64,000 bases of DNA from an uncultured Actinomycetes bacterium (GTDB lineage Bacteria; Actinomycetota; Thermoleophilia; Solirubrobacterales; 70-9), in the NCBI GenBank assembly GCA_963714045.1, contig OY970225.1:1775877-1839876 (forward strand), in the 5' to 3' direction. Each line of letters starts with the position of its first letter. Positions within the stretch are counted from its first letter, which is position 1. The position numbers were made by a program, and so were the translations under genes. Shown here in pieces: positions 56,405-64,000 of this stretch. The notes beneath the pieces are model-generated. The model made no database searches and was not told the origin of the DNA. It saw only the letters and a program-made list of their open reading frames with translations.

Positions 56405-57184
56405 ATGTCGCGCCGCCTGACGATCCCGATCCTGCTCGCGCTCATGGCACTGCTCGGGGCCGGCGCCGCGCAGGGCGAGCTGAGCCAGAGCGGCAACCTG
56501 CGGATCTCCTTCAGCGGCGGCTTCAGCCCCCGCTCCCTGCCTCGCGACCGCCCGGCCCCGGTGACGATCGACGTCAAGGGCGCGATCGGCACCACCGACG
56601 GCAGCCATCCGCCGGCGGTGCGGCGGATCGAAATCGAGCTCAACCGCAACGGCAGGCTGACCACCGCGGGGCTGCCGGCGTGCACGGGCCGGCGGCTGCA
56701 GGCGACGAGCACCGAAACCGCGCTGCAGCGTTGCGGCCCGGCCCTGGTCGGCCGCGGCCATTTCGCCGCCGACGTCGAATTCCCCAGCCTCACCCCGGTC
56801 CCCGCCGCCGGCGCGATACTCGTCTTCTACGGCAAGAAGGACGGACGGCCGGCGCTCCTCCTCCATCTCTACGGAACCGCCCCCGTCCGCGCCACCTTCG
56901 TGCTGCCGTTGGCGATCTACCACCGGGCGAAGGGGCAGTTCGGGACGGTCCTGTCGGCCAAGATCCCGACCCTCGCCGGCGGCCTCGGCTCGGTCACCGA
57001 AATCGCCCTGAGGATCGGCCGCAACTACACCTTCCGGGGGCGGCGCCACAGCTTCATCAGCGCCAGCTGCGCCGCGCCGGCGGGGTTCGGGACGGCTCTC
57101 TTCTCCCTGGCCCGCGGCAGCTTCTACTTCGCCGGCGACAGGAAGATCGACACCACCCTCACCCGCGATTGCCGCGTGCGCTGA
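56405..57184 (+). CDS. hypothetical secreted protein
   Basis: Signal peptide MSRRLTIPILLALMALLGAGAAQG. 259 aa. No family recognised. Confidence 0.6.
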   Translation: MSRRLTIPILLALMALLGAGAAQGELSQSGNLRISFSGGFSPRSLPRDRPAPVTIDVKGAIGTTDGSHPPAVRRIEIELNRNGRLTTAGLPACTGRRLQATSTETALQRCGPALVGRGHFAADVEFPSLTPVPAAGAILVFYGKKDGRPALLLHLYGTAPVRATFVLPLAIYHRAKGQFGTVLSAKIPTLAGGLGSVTEIALRIGRNYTFRGRRHSFISASCAAPAGFGTALFSLARGSFYFAGDRKIDTTLTRDCRVR

Positions 57185-57273
57185 GCCTCGGGGTCGAGGG
57201 CCGAGGCGCCGGCGAGCCGCCGGCCCGGCGGTAGAGTCGTGCGGATCGAGAATCCCACCCCCGGGGAGAACAG

Positions 57274-57660
57274 ATGAGAGATGACCAATCAGGCAGCACC
57301 AGCATCCGCGCGCTGAGCGCGGCACTCGCCATCGTGGCGATCGCCGCCGGCGGCGTCGTCTGGTCGGGCTGCGGCAGCAGCAACGACAGCAGCACCAGCA
57401 CCGGCGGAAGCGCCACCGACGCGCAGAAGGAAATCGAAGCCGGCGCCAAGAAGGCCGAAGAAGGCGTGAAGGAAGGCGGCGAAGAGGCAAAGAAGGGCCT
57501 CGAAGAAGCGAAGAAGCAGATCGAAGAAGGAAAGGGCAGCGCCTCCAAGGGAGTCGAAGAAGGCACCAAGAAGGCCGAAAAGGGCATCGAAGAAGGCAAG
57601 GCCCAGGCCGAAAGAGGCGTCGAAGAAGCGAAGAAGTACGCGGAAAAGTACGCGCCCTAG
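57274..57660 (+). CDS. lipoprotein with LEA-like 11-residue repeats
   Basis: Lipobox-like VVWSGC after a TM/signal segment, followed by a K/E/G/A-rich repetitive region. Purine-rich coding strand. Confidence 0.65.
   Translation: MRDDQSGSTSIRALSAALAIVAIAAGGVVWSGCGSSNDSSTSTGGSATDAQKEIEAGAKKAEEGVKEGGEEAKKGLEEAKKQIEEGKGSASKGVEEGTKKAEKGIEEGKAQAERGVEEAKKYAEKYAP
57430..57657 (+). repeat. about seven tandem 33-bp (11-codon) coding repeats
   Basis: Units start at 57430, 57463, 57496, 57529, 57562, 57595 and 57628. Most end in (A/G/C)TCGAAGAA, for example GGCACCAAGAAGGCCGAAAAGGGCATCGAAGAA. Confidence 0.8.
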
Positions 57661-59036
57661 TTAGCGGCGACGAAGCGCCGGATCGCGCCCACCGCCGGCG
57701 AGCGGAAGGGGAAGTAGAGGCTCGAGACGTGGCCGCGATCCGGCGTCACGTAGAGGCGGGAGCGCGGGAAGCGCCGCCTCACCTGGCGGGCCTCGGCGAC
57801 CGAGGTGACGTCGTCGACCTGGCCGGCGAGGATCAGGGTCGGGAACGAGGTCGGGGCGCGCCAGCCGGCGGGGACCGGCGGCTCCAGCCCCCCGGGCGGC
57901 GGCGCCGGCCAGGTCAGGCAGCTGGTCAGGTGGGCGGCCGCGGAGAGCAGGTACTCGCGGCGGCCGAACGGGGCGAAGTAGCCCTTCGGCAGGCGGGTCG
58001 CCGCGGCCGAGAGCTGGCGGATGCGCTCGTCGATCCCCGCGTAGGGGTCCCAGAGCAGCGGGTAGTCGTTGCACTCGACGGCGATCTCGAGGCCGTATGA
58101 GAATTCGGAGAGCTCGCCGTGGCCGGCGGGGCCCGGGGCGATCAGCCGGTCCAGCCGCCGCGGCTCGCCGGCGAGGAAGCGGCGGTCGCCTTCATCGAGG
58201 CTGAGGTAGGAGCGCGGCGCCAGGGTCCCGGCCTCGAGCAGGAAGCGGATCAGCCCCTCGGTCGAGCGCCCGGCGACGTGGAAGCGGTGGACGACGCGGG
58301 AGAGGCGGGCGACGGGGCGCCCGGAGCAGGCCGGCGAGCGGCGGCAGGCGATGCGCAGGCCGTCGCGCCCCGCCGGCAGCAGGGTGCGGTAGTAGGGGTC
58401 GGCGGCGGGGTAGGCGGAATCGAGGACGAGGCCTTGCAGGGAGCCCGGGTGGCGGACCGCGTAGGCCTGGCCGAACAGGGTCCCGTAGGAGTCGCCGTAG
58501 AGGAAGATCCGGCCGAGGCCGAGCGCCCGGCGCACCTGCTCGAGGTCGGCGGCCGCTTCGGCGGTGGTGTAGCCGGCGTAGCGGGGCCCGAGCCGGTTGG
58601 CGCACTCTCCCACCGCGATCGCTTCGGGGACCAGACCGCCCTGCAGCGCCGGGCAGTCGAGGACGTCGGAGCGCCCGGTGCCGCGCTCGTCGAAGAGGAC
58701 GAGGTCGCGGCGGCGCAGCAGCGGCGCCAGCACGGCGACCAGCGAGCGGGCATAGGGGGCGGCGGTCGAGGCGTAGCCGGGCCCGCCGTCGATCGCCACG
58801 ATCGTGCCGAGCGAGGGCCGGCCGCGCTCGGCGCGGGGCCGCAGCGCGAAGGCGACCCTGGTGGTGCCGAGCGCCGGGTCGGCGCGGCGGATCGGCGCCG
58901 TGACGTGGCCGCAGCGGAAGGGGCGGGGCAGGCCGAGGTCGCAGCGCGCCAGCCGCGGCCCCGCGCCGAGCGCCGGCGCGGACAGAAGCAGGGCGGCGAG
59001 CAGGATCGGGGCTGCGGCGCGCAGGAACGTCTTCAT
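57657..59036 (-). CDS. secreted alpha/beta hydrolase (tripeptidyl-aminopeptidase-like, S33 family)
   Basis: Signal peptide MKTFLRAAAPILLAALLLSAPALGAG and GDSYGT nucleophile elbow. 459 aa. Confidence 0.85.
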   Translation of the reverse strand: MKTFLRAAAPILLAALLLSAPALGAGPRLARCDLGLPRPFRCGHVTAPIRRADPALGTTRVAFALRPRAERGRPSLGTIVAIDGGPGYASTAAPYARSLVAVLAPLLRRRDLVLFDERGTGRSDVLDCPALQGGLVPEAIAVGECANRLGPRYAGYTTAEAAADLEQVRRALGLGRIFLYGDSYGTLFGQAYAVRHPGSLQGLVLDSAYPAADPYYRTLLPAGRDGLRIACRRSPACSGRPVARLSRVVHRFHVAGRSTEGLIRFLLEAGTLAPRSYLSLDEGDRRFLAGEPRRLDRLIAPGPAGHGELSEFSYGLEIAVECNDYPLLWDPYAGIDERIRQLSAAATRLPKGYFAPFGRREYLLSAAAHLTSCLTWPAPPPGGLEPPVPAGWRAPTSFPTLILAGQVDDVTSVAEARQVRRRFPRSRLYVTPDRGHVSSLYFPFRSPAVGAIRRFVAAN

Positions 59037-59038
59037 CG

Positions 59039-60103
59039 GTGGCCAACCTAGCCCCAGTGGCCGACCGACCGCAACCGATCTCCCGCCGCCTGGCGAGAGT
59101 CGCCGCCTGGATCGGCGGCGTCGCCCTCCTCCTCTTCGTGCTCGACCTGCTCGGGGTGCCCGCCGGCGAATGGATCCGCGACCTCCTGCGCAAGGTCGGC
59201 GACGTCCCGCCCTGGGCGATCGTCGCCGGCGTCGGGCTGGAGACCGCGCAGACCTCGCTGGCGGCGCTGGCCTGGTTGGGGATCCTCCGCGCCGCCCTCC
59301 CCCACGCCCGCATCCCCTACCGGCTGGTGCTCGCCTGCTACGCGGTGGCGGTGGCGCTGAACGGCTTCCTGCCGGCGAACCTCGGCACCTGGGTGATGCT
59401 GCTGATGTTCACCGCGCTGATCGCCGGCGCCAGCTTCGCGATGGTCTTCTCCGGTCTCGTCGTCGAGAAGATCCCCTTCACGGTCTTCAACCTGGCGCTC
59501 TACCTGTACCTGTTCCTCACCGTCAGCGGCTCGTTCTCGATCAAGCTCGGCTTCCTCGCCGACCACACCGCGCTGGTGGTGGCGATCGCGATCGGCACGG
59601 TCGTCCTGCTCGCCCTGCTGGCGCGGATCTTCTGGAGGCGGCTGGAGGGGCTGCGGGCGCAGCTCCTCAACGGCGGCGCGATCCTGCGCAGCCCCCGCCG
59701 CACCCTCACCGACCTCTTCCTGCCAGTGCTCGGCAGCTACGCCGCACGGCTGGCGATCGTCGCCGTCTTCCTCGGCGCCTACGGGATCCCGGTCAGCTTC
59801 CACAACGTCGCCACCGTGACCGCCTCCAACTCGATCTCCAACAGCGTCTCGGTGACCCCCGGCGGCGTCGGCGTCACCCAGGCGATGAACTCGGCGGCGC
59901 TGCACGACTCGACCAGCGCCTCGACCGCCACCGCCTACTCGATCGGCCAGCAGCTGATCGTCACCTCCTGGGACGTCCTCTTCGCGGTGATCCTCGTCTC
60001 CTGGGTGTTCGGCTGGAGCGGCGGCAAGGAGCTGGTCGAGTCCTCCTACGAGGACGCCAAGGCGAGGAGCCGCGAGCTGAAGGAGAAGCACAGGCGCGGC
60101 TGA
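59039..60103 (+). CDS. flippase-like / UPF0104-type polytopic membrane protein
   Basis: 354 aa with about 8 TM helices. The GTG start is only 2 nt from the divergent gene start, so the true start may be further downstream. Confidence 0.6.
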   Translation: MANLAPVADRPQPISRRLARVAAWIGGVALLLFVLDLLGVPAGEWIRDLLRKVGDVPPWAIVAGVGLETAQTSLAALAWLGILRAALPHARIPYRLVLACYAVAVALNGFLPANLGTWVMLLMFTALIAGASFAMVFSGLVVEKIPFTVFNLALYLYLFLTVSGSFSIKLGFLADHTALVVAIAIGTVVLLALLARIFWRRLEGLRAQLLNGGAILRSPRRTLTDLFLPVLGSYAARLAIVAVFLGAYGIPVSFHNVATVTASNSISNSVSVTPGGVGVTQAMNSAALHDSTSASTATAYSIGQQLIVTSWDVLFAVILVSWVFGWSGGKELVESSYEDAKARSRELKEKHRRG

Positions 60104-60116
60104 GCCGGCGCGGCGC

Positions 60117-61247
60117 TCAGCGGCCGAACCAGCGGGCGCTGCGGGTGGCGCCGAACTCGGCCTTCTCGGCGGCGAGGGCGGCGGAGGGAGCCTGGAAGGC
60201 GCCGGTCGGCTTCGGCCCGGAGAGGAAGTCGACGTCGACGCGGCCGACCCGGCCGGCGCCGAACTCGACGTAGCAGGAGCCGAGGCCGTCGTAGGCGCCG
60301 GGCTCGCCGGCCTCGCGGATGTGGGCGATCAGCGCCGCGGCGACGACGCGGGCGGCGCCCTCGGCGAAGACGCCGGCCTTCGGCACGCCGACGGTGGCGA
60401 CGTCGCCGAGGGCGTAGACGCCGGGGAAGCGGGTCTCGAGCGTCCCGGAGTCGACCGGGACGTAGCCGTCCTCCGTCATCCCGCTGGCCAGGACGACGTC
60501 GGGGGCGCGGTGCTTGGGGACGCCGAGGAAGAGATCGTAGGGGACCTCCTCGCCGTCCTCGAGCAGGGTGACCTTGCGGGCCGGGTCCAGCGAGGCGATG
60601 CGGGCGCCGGGGTGGAAGGCGATGTCGCGCTCGGCGAAGGCGGCGAGCAGCGCGTCGGAGGTCTCCGGCGAGGGCGGGACCGGGCTCGGCAGCGGCATCA
60701 GCATGGCGATCTCGCACTCGCCGCGAATGCCGCGCGTGGAGAGGTGGTCGTGCAGCAGCAGGGCGGCCTCGCTCGGCGCCGGCGGGCACTTGAAGGGCGC
60801 CCCGCAGATGCCGATCACGACGCGGCCGCCGGCGAACTCGTCCAGCACCGCGGCCACCCGTTCGGCGCCGGGCACGGAGTAGAACTCGTTGCCGTCCTCG
60901 GCCAGCCCCGGCGTCGCCGCCAGGTCGTAGTCGGCGCCGAGCGCGACGACCAGGAAGTCGGCCTCGTGGACGCCGGCGTCGGTGGTGGCGGTGCGCGCCT
61001 CGGGGTCGATCGCGACGACCGTCTCCCGCAGTAGTCGCACCCCGGGCTTGACGAAATCCTCATAGGGGAGGCGGACCTCCTCCCCAGCCTTACCCCCGAA
61101 CATCAGGTCGAGCTTGGAGAAGCCGAAGACGAACGAGTCGCCCTTGTCGATCACCGTCACCTCGACCTCCTCGCCGAGGCCCTCCGAGAGCGAGGTCGCC
61201 AACTCCAGCCCGCCGAACCCCGCTCCCAGAATCAGCACCCGCTCCAT
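60117..61247 (-). CDS. NAD(P)/FAD-dependent oxidoreductase, sulfide:quinone-reductase-like
   Basis: VLILGAGFGGLELA and FKCPPAPSEAAL motifs. 376 aa. Confidence 0.82.
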   Translation of the reverse strand: MERVLILGAGFGGLELATSLSEGLGEEVEVTVIDKGDSFVFGFSKLDLMFGGKAGEEVRLPYEDFVKPGVRLLRETVVAIDPEARTATTDAGVHEADFLVVALGADYDLAATPGLAEDGNEFYSVPGAERVAAVLDEFAGGRVVIGICGAPFKCPPAPSEAALLLHDHLSTRGIRGECEIAMLMPLPSPVPPSPETSDALLAAFAERDIAFHPGARIASLDPARKVTLLEDGEEVPYDLFLGVPKHRAPDVVLASGMTEDGYVPVDSGTLETRFPGVYALGDVATVGVPKAGVFAEGAARVVAAALIAHIREAGEPGAYDGLGSCYVEFGAGRVGRVDVDFLSGPKPTGAFQAPSAALAAEKAEFGATRSARWFGR

Positions 61248-61274
61248 GGAGCCGACCCTACCGGGAGCCGGGGC

Positions 61275-61604
61275 TCACAGTCCCAGGCCTCCCACTCCCC
61301 GCTCGTTCCAGCCGAGGTGGTGGGCGAGCTCGTGGCGGAGGGTCCGCTCGACCTGGCGGGCGAGCAGCTCGCGGTCGTGGCCGAAGTCTCGCTCCAGGGT
61401 GTCGCGGTAGATGACGATCCGGTCCTCGTAGCGTTCGCGCGCGACCCCGTCGCCGTAGTACATGCCGTAGGCGTGGTGCTCGGCGCCGAGGTCGGAGACC
61501 ACCACCGCGACCTTCGCCAGCACCTCCTGGAACTCGTCCGGCAGCCGGTCGATCGCGTCAGCGACCAACGACTCGAACTCGTCAAGCTCGGGAGCGCCGG
61601 TCAT
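61275..61604 (-). CDS. zincin-like metallopeptidase-family small protein
   Basis: 109 aa from the ATG at 61604 (ATGA overlap with the upstream cyclase gene). HELAHHLG (HExxH) motif. Confidence 0.8.
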   Translation of the reverse strand: MTGAPELDEFESLVADAIDRLPDEFQEVLAKVAVVVSDLGAEHHAYGMYYGDGVARERYEDRIVIYRDTLERDFGHDRELLARQVERTLRHELAHHLGWNERGVGGLGL

Positions 61605-62959
61605 GCGCCGACCGCGTCGGAGAGCGGGGTTGAGGCGACCCGGTAGACGTCCCACTCGTCGGGGACGCCCTTGAGGCGGTGGCTGCCGCGGGGCTCGAAG
61701 GCGATGCCGGAGCCGGCGGCGAGGTCGCGGACTGTCCGCGAGACGAGGACATCGCCGGCGTCGGCGAGGGCGGAGATGCGGGCGGCGACGTGGACCGCGA
61801 TGCCGCCGATGTCCTCGCCGAGCAGCTCGACCTCGCCCGTGTGCAGGCCGGCGCGCACCTGCAGGCCGAGCTGGGGCATCTGGGCGACGATCGCCCGGGC
61901 GCACTCGACCGCGCGGGTGGGGCCGTCGAAGATCGCCAGGAACCCGTCGCCGGTCGTCTTCACCTCCCGGCCCCCGAACAGCTCGAGCTGCGCGCGAACG
62001 AGGCCCTGGTGCTCGCCGAGCAGGTCGCGCCAGTGGCGGTCGCCGAGCTCGGCCGCGCGGCGGGTGGAGTCGACGATGTCGGTGAAGAGCACTGTCCCCA
62101 GCACCCGCTCGGCGGTCGGCCCGGGGCGCACGCCGGTGAGGAACTCCTCGATCTCGTCCATGGCCTCCTCGCGGTTCTCGCCAACCCAGGGGAAGTGGTC
62201 CTCGCCCTCCAGCTCGACGTAGCTGCTGCCCTCGATCTGTCCGGCGAGCCAGCGGGCGGCGCGGACGTTGACGGCGCGGTCGCCGCGGCGGTGGAGCACC
62301 TTGGTCGGCGCCTGGATCAGCGGCAGGGCGCTGCGGACGTCGGTGTCGAGGAACATCTCGACCAGCTGGGCGACCCGCATCGGGCTGGCCGCCTGGCGCT
62401 CGAAGCGGGCCTGGAACTCCCGGGCCACGGGGTTGGCGGCCATGCTCGGCGAGAAGATCTCAATCGTCGCCCCCTGGCCCCACATCGGCGAGACGAGCTC
62501 CTCGTTGGACTCTTCCAGCGCCTCGCGCTCCGGCGCCCACGGATAGTCCTCGTCGGCGGTCGAGCGGGCCATCGCGCCCCAGAGCACCAGCGCCGCGGTG
62601 CGCTCGGGATAGGTCGCCGCGAACAGCATGCACATCGTCGCCCCCTCCGACATCCCCAGCAGGGCGGCGCGCTCGGAGCCGGCGGCATCCATCACCGCGC
62701 GCACGTCGTCCATCCGCTCCTCCAGGGTCGGCGCGCCGTCCACCGGGTCCGAGAGCCCGACGCCGCGGCGGTCGAAGACGATGACCCGGGCGAAGGAGGC
62801 GAGGCGGTGCAGGAACGCCGCCAGCGGCGGGTTCTCCCAGATCAGGTCCAGGTGGGAGAGGAACGGGAAGGCGACGACGAGGTCCAGGTCTCCCTCGCCG
62901 ACCACCTGGTAGGCGATGCCGACGTTCCCACTCCGCGCATAGCGGGTCTCAGGGCGCAT
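61601..62959 (-). CDS. alpha/beta-hydrolase / class III adenylate cyclase fusion (LipJ-like)
   Basis: N-terminal hydrolase fold (GMSEG) and a C-terminal cyclase domain (VLFTDIVDST, KTTGDGFLA, GLHTGEVE). Confidence 0.88.
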   Translation of the reverse strand: MRPETRYARSGNVGIAYQVVGEGDLDLVVAFPFLSHLDLIWENPPLAAFLHRLASFARVIVFDRRGVGLSDPVDGAPTLEERMDDVRAVMDAAGSERAALLGMSEGATMCMLFAATYPERTAALVLWGAMARSTADEDYPWAPEREALEESNEELVSPMWGQGATIEIFSPSMAANPVAREFQARFERQAASPMRVAQLVEMFLDTDVRSALPLIQAPTKVLHRRGDRAVNVRAARWLAGQIEGSSYVELEGEDHFPWVGENREEAMDEIEEFLTGVRPGPTAERVLGTVLFTDIVDSTRRAAELGDRHWRDLLGEHQGLVRAQLELFGGREVKTTGDGFLAIFDGPTRAVECARAIVAQMPQLGLQVRAGLHTGEVELLGEDIGGIAVHVAARISALADAGDVLVSRTVRDLAAGSGIAFEPRGSHRLKGVPDEWDVYRVASTPLSDAVGA

Positions 62960-62966
62960 CTACGAG

Positions 62967-63536
62967 TTAGTTGTAGCGCAGCCAGGCGATCGCGTCGGCG
63001 GCGTTGTCCTGGGGCGGGAAGACGGGATAGAAGACCTTCGCGATCCGGCCCGCCCGGGCGATGAAGGTGAGGCGGCGGTAGTGGCGGGCGCCGCCGGCCT
63101 CGAACGTCGGCAGCCCCAGCTCCTCGGCGAGGCGGAAGCCGCTGTCATTGAGCAGCGGGTACGGGAGGTGCTCGCGGGCGGCGAACTCGCGCTGCTCGTC
63201 GATGCCCTGGGAGCTCAGCCCGTAGACGGTGGCACCGAGGCCGGCCAGTTGATCGGCGCTGTCGCGGAAGGCGCAGCTCTGCGGGGTGCAGCCTCGCGCC
63301 CCCGGGATCCGGTCCCAGCCGGCGATCAGCGGCTGCCCGGGAACGCCGGTCCGCGGGTAGACGTAGACGACGAGCGTGCCCCGGGCGGCGGCGGCCAGGT
63401 CAACGGGCTCCCCGACGGTCGCCGGCAAGGCGACGGAGGGCAAGGCGGCACCCGGAAGATGATCCGCAGCCCCATCGTCCACGGGGACCGGCAGGTCGTC
63501 CGGGAGCGAATGGAGATCAGCCGCTGAATCGCTCAT
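62967..63536 (-). CDS. peroxiredoxin / redoxin-family protein
   Basis: VVYVYPRTGVPG...GCTPQSCAFRD. 189 aa. Confidence 0.8.
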   Translation of the reverse strand: MSDSAADLHSLPDDLPVPVDDGAADHLPGAALPSVALPATVGEPVDLAAAARGTLVVYVYPRTGVPGQPLIAGWDRIPGARGCTPQSCAFRDSADQLAGLGATVYGLSSQGIDEQREFAAREHLPYPLLNDSGFRLAEELGLPTFEAGGARHYRRLTFIARAGRIAKVFYPVFPPQDNAADAIAWLRYN

Positions 63537-63864
63537 GGCTCCGCGATCCTTTCAGGAGCTGGCGACAGCAGCGATCGGCGATGATCCGTCTAGCCATCCA
63601 CCCCCTGATCGACCAATGGGAAGCAATCGCGGAATCATGGAAGAGCTAGAGCGCAGCAAGTTCACCCCGGCGGGCGAGATCGCCAACGAGCGGTTGATCG
63701 ACGCTGTCCTCGACCCTGACCGCTATCCCGAGGGCACCACCTTCATCGCCGCCGACCAGGAGGGCTTCGGTTCGATCCTCGCCGAGGCCGTCGCCGAGCA
63801 CCGGCCGCTCGCAATCGTCTATCCCGATGGCCGCGAGATCGTCGCCGCGCCTCGTTCGAGTTGA
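63535..63864 (+). CDS. hypothetical protein (start uncertain)
   Basis: ORF only. Coding-like composition from about MEELERSKF onward. No family recognised. Confidence 0.35.
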   Translation: MAPRSFQELATAAIGDDPSSHPPPDRPMGSNRGIMEELERSKFTPAGEIANERLIDAVLDPDRYPEGTTFIAADQEGFGSILAEAVAEHRPLAIVYPDGREIVAAPRSS

Positions 63865-64000
63865 GATCAGGGACCGGCAACTCGCCGTCGCCTGAGCATC
63901 ACCGTCCCCATTTTTCGTCGACGACGCCTCGCTACTCTCAGAGAATGCTGAGCATCACCCAAGATGACCTGCCCGGCGCCGACCTCGTCAAGCAGGGCGC

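Noticed and set aside
55090-61247. Two SQR-like flavoproteins as a sulfide-oxidation island.
   Set aside because: The intervening genes are a secreted unknown, an LEA-like lipoprotein, a peptidase-like hydrolase and a flippase-like protein. No persulfide dioxygenase, rhodanese, sulfite exporter or regulator is present. The first paralog also lacks an obvious third catalytic Cys.
63535-64000. The somewhat less GC-rich right end of the window as horizontally acquired DNA, including a partial ORF starting near 63944.
   Set aside because: The segment is too short and has no recognisable genes or mobile-element signatures. I cannot compute composition statistics here, so the impression is not supportable.

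Overview
Very GC-rich bacterial chromosome segment. Third codon positions are almost all G/C, so both strands carry long antisense shadow ORFs. Gene order looks like Actinomycetota, possibly a deep-branching lineage such as Thermoleophilia or Rubrobacteria; this is inference only. The content is almost entirely conserved housekeeping operons.

Minus-strand blocks:
- rimP > nusA > infB > rbfA > nrnA > truB > ribF > rpsO > ahpE-like > dsbA-like > pnp. The pnp gene runs off the left edge and is missing from the ORF track.
- mihF > gmk > rpoZ > coaBC.
- pyrR > pyrB > pyrC > carA > carB > pyrK > pyrD.
- rnz.
- A sugar-nucleotide pair (rfbF and an SDR enzyme).
- A SAM-I riboswitch controlling a ThrC-like enzyme plus a GG-terminated sulfur carrier.
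- yebC > ruvC > ruvA > ruvB > Zn-ribbon/PAS protein > secDF > glsB-like > recJ > rel.
- pdxS > pdxT > M29 aminopeptidase.

Plus-strand blocks:
- corA, HIT protein, PMM/PGM, MBL hydrolase, DAG-kinase-like protein.
- A five-gene membrane/Zn-finger/GGDEF operon.
- An SQR-like flavoprotein, a secreted protein and an LEA-like lipoprotein.

There is one tRNA, tRNA-Arg(CCG). I found no rRNA, CRISPR array, transposase, integrase, phage gene or recognisable defence gene.

I do not see a convincing new multi-gene protein system here. The most unusual content is non-coding:
- A family of long GC-rich palindromic (REP/MITE-like) elements with perfect arms of 15-29 bp. These fill intergenic spacers and overlap stop and start codons.
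- Three copies share a CCGGACACTCA core, and two of them show fully compensatory differences.
- One copy sits in frame inside recJ.

Secondary points:
- The riboswitch context argues that the annotated-type threonine synthase is a thiocarboxylate-dependent homocysteine synthase.
- A PyrR-binding loop overlaps the pyrR Shine-Dalgarno (SD) sequence.
- A hairpin plus U7 lies just upstream of a truncated rimP.
- NusA carries a C-terminal Cys/His cluster and a polyacidic tail.
- A lipoprotein is built from seven 33-bp (11-residue) repeats.
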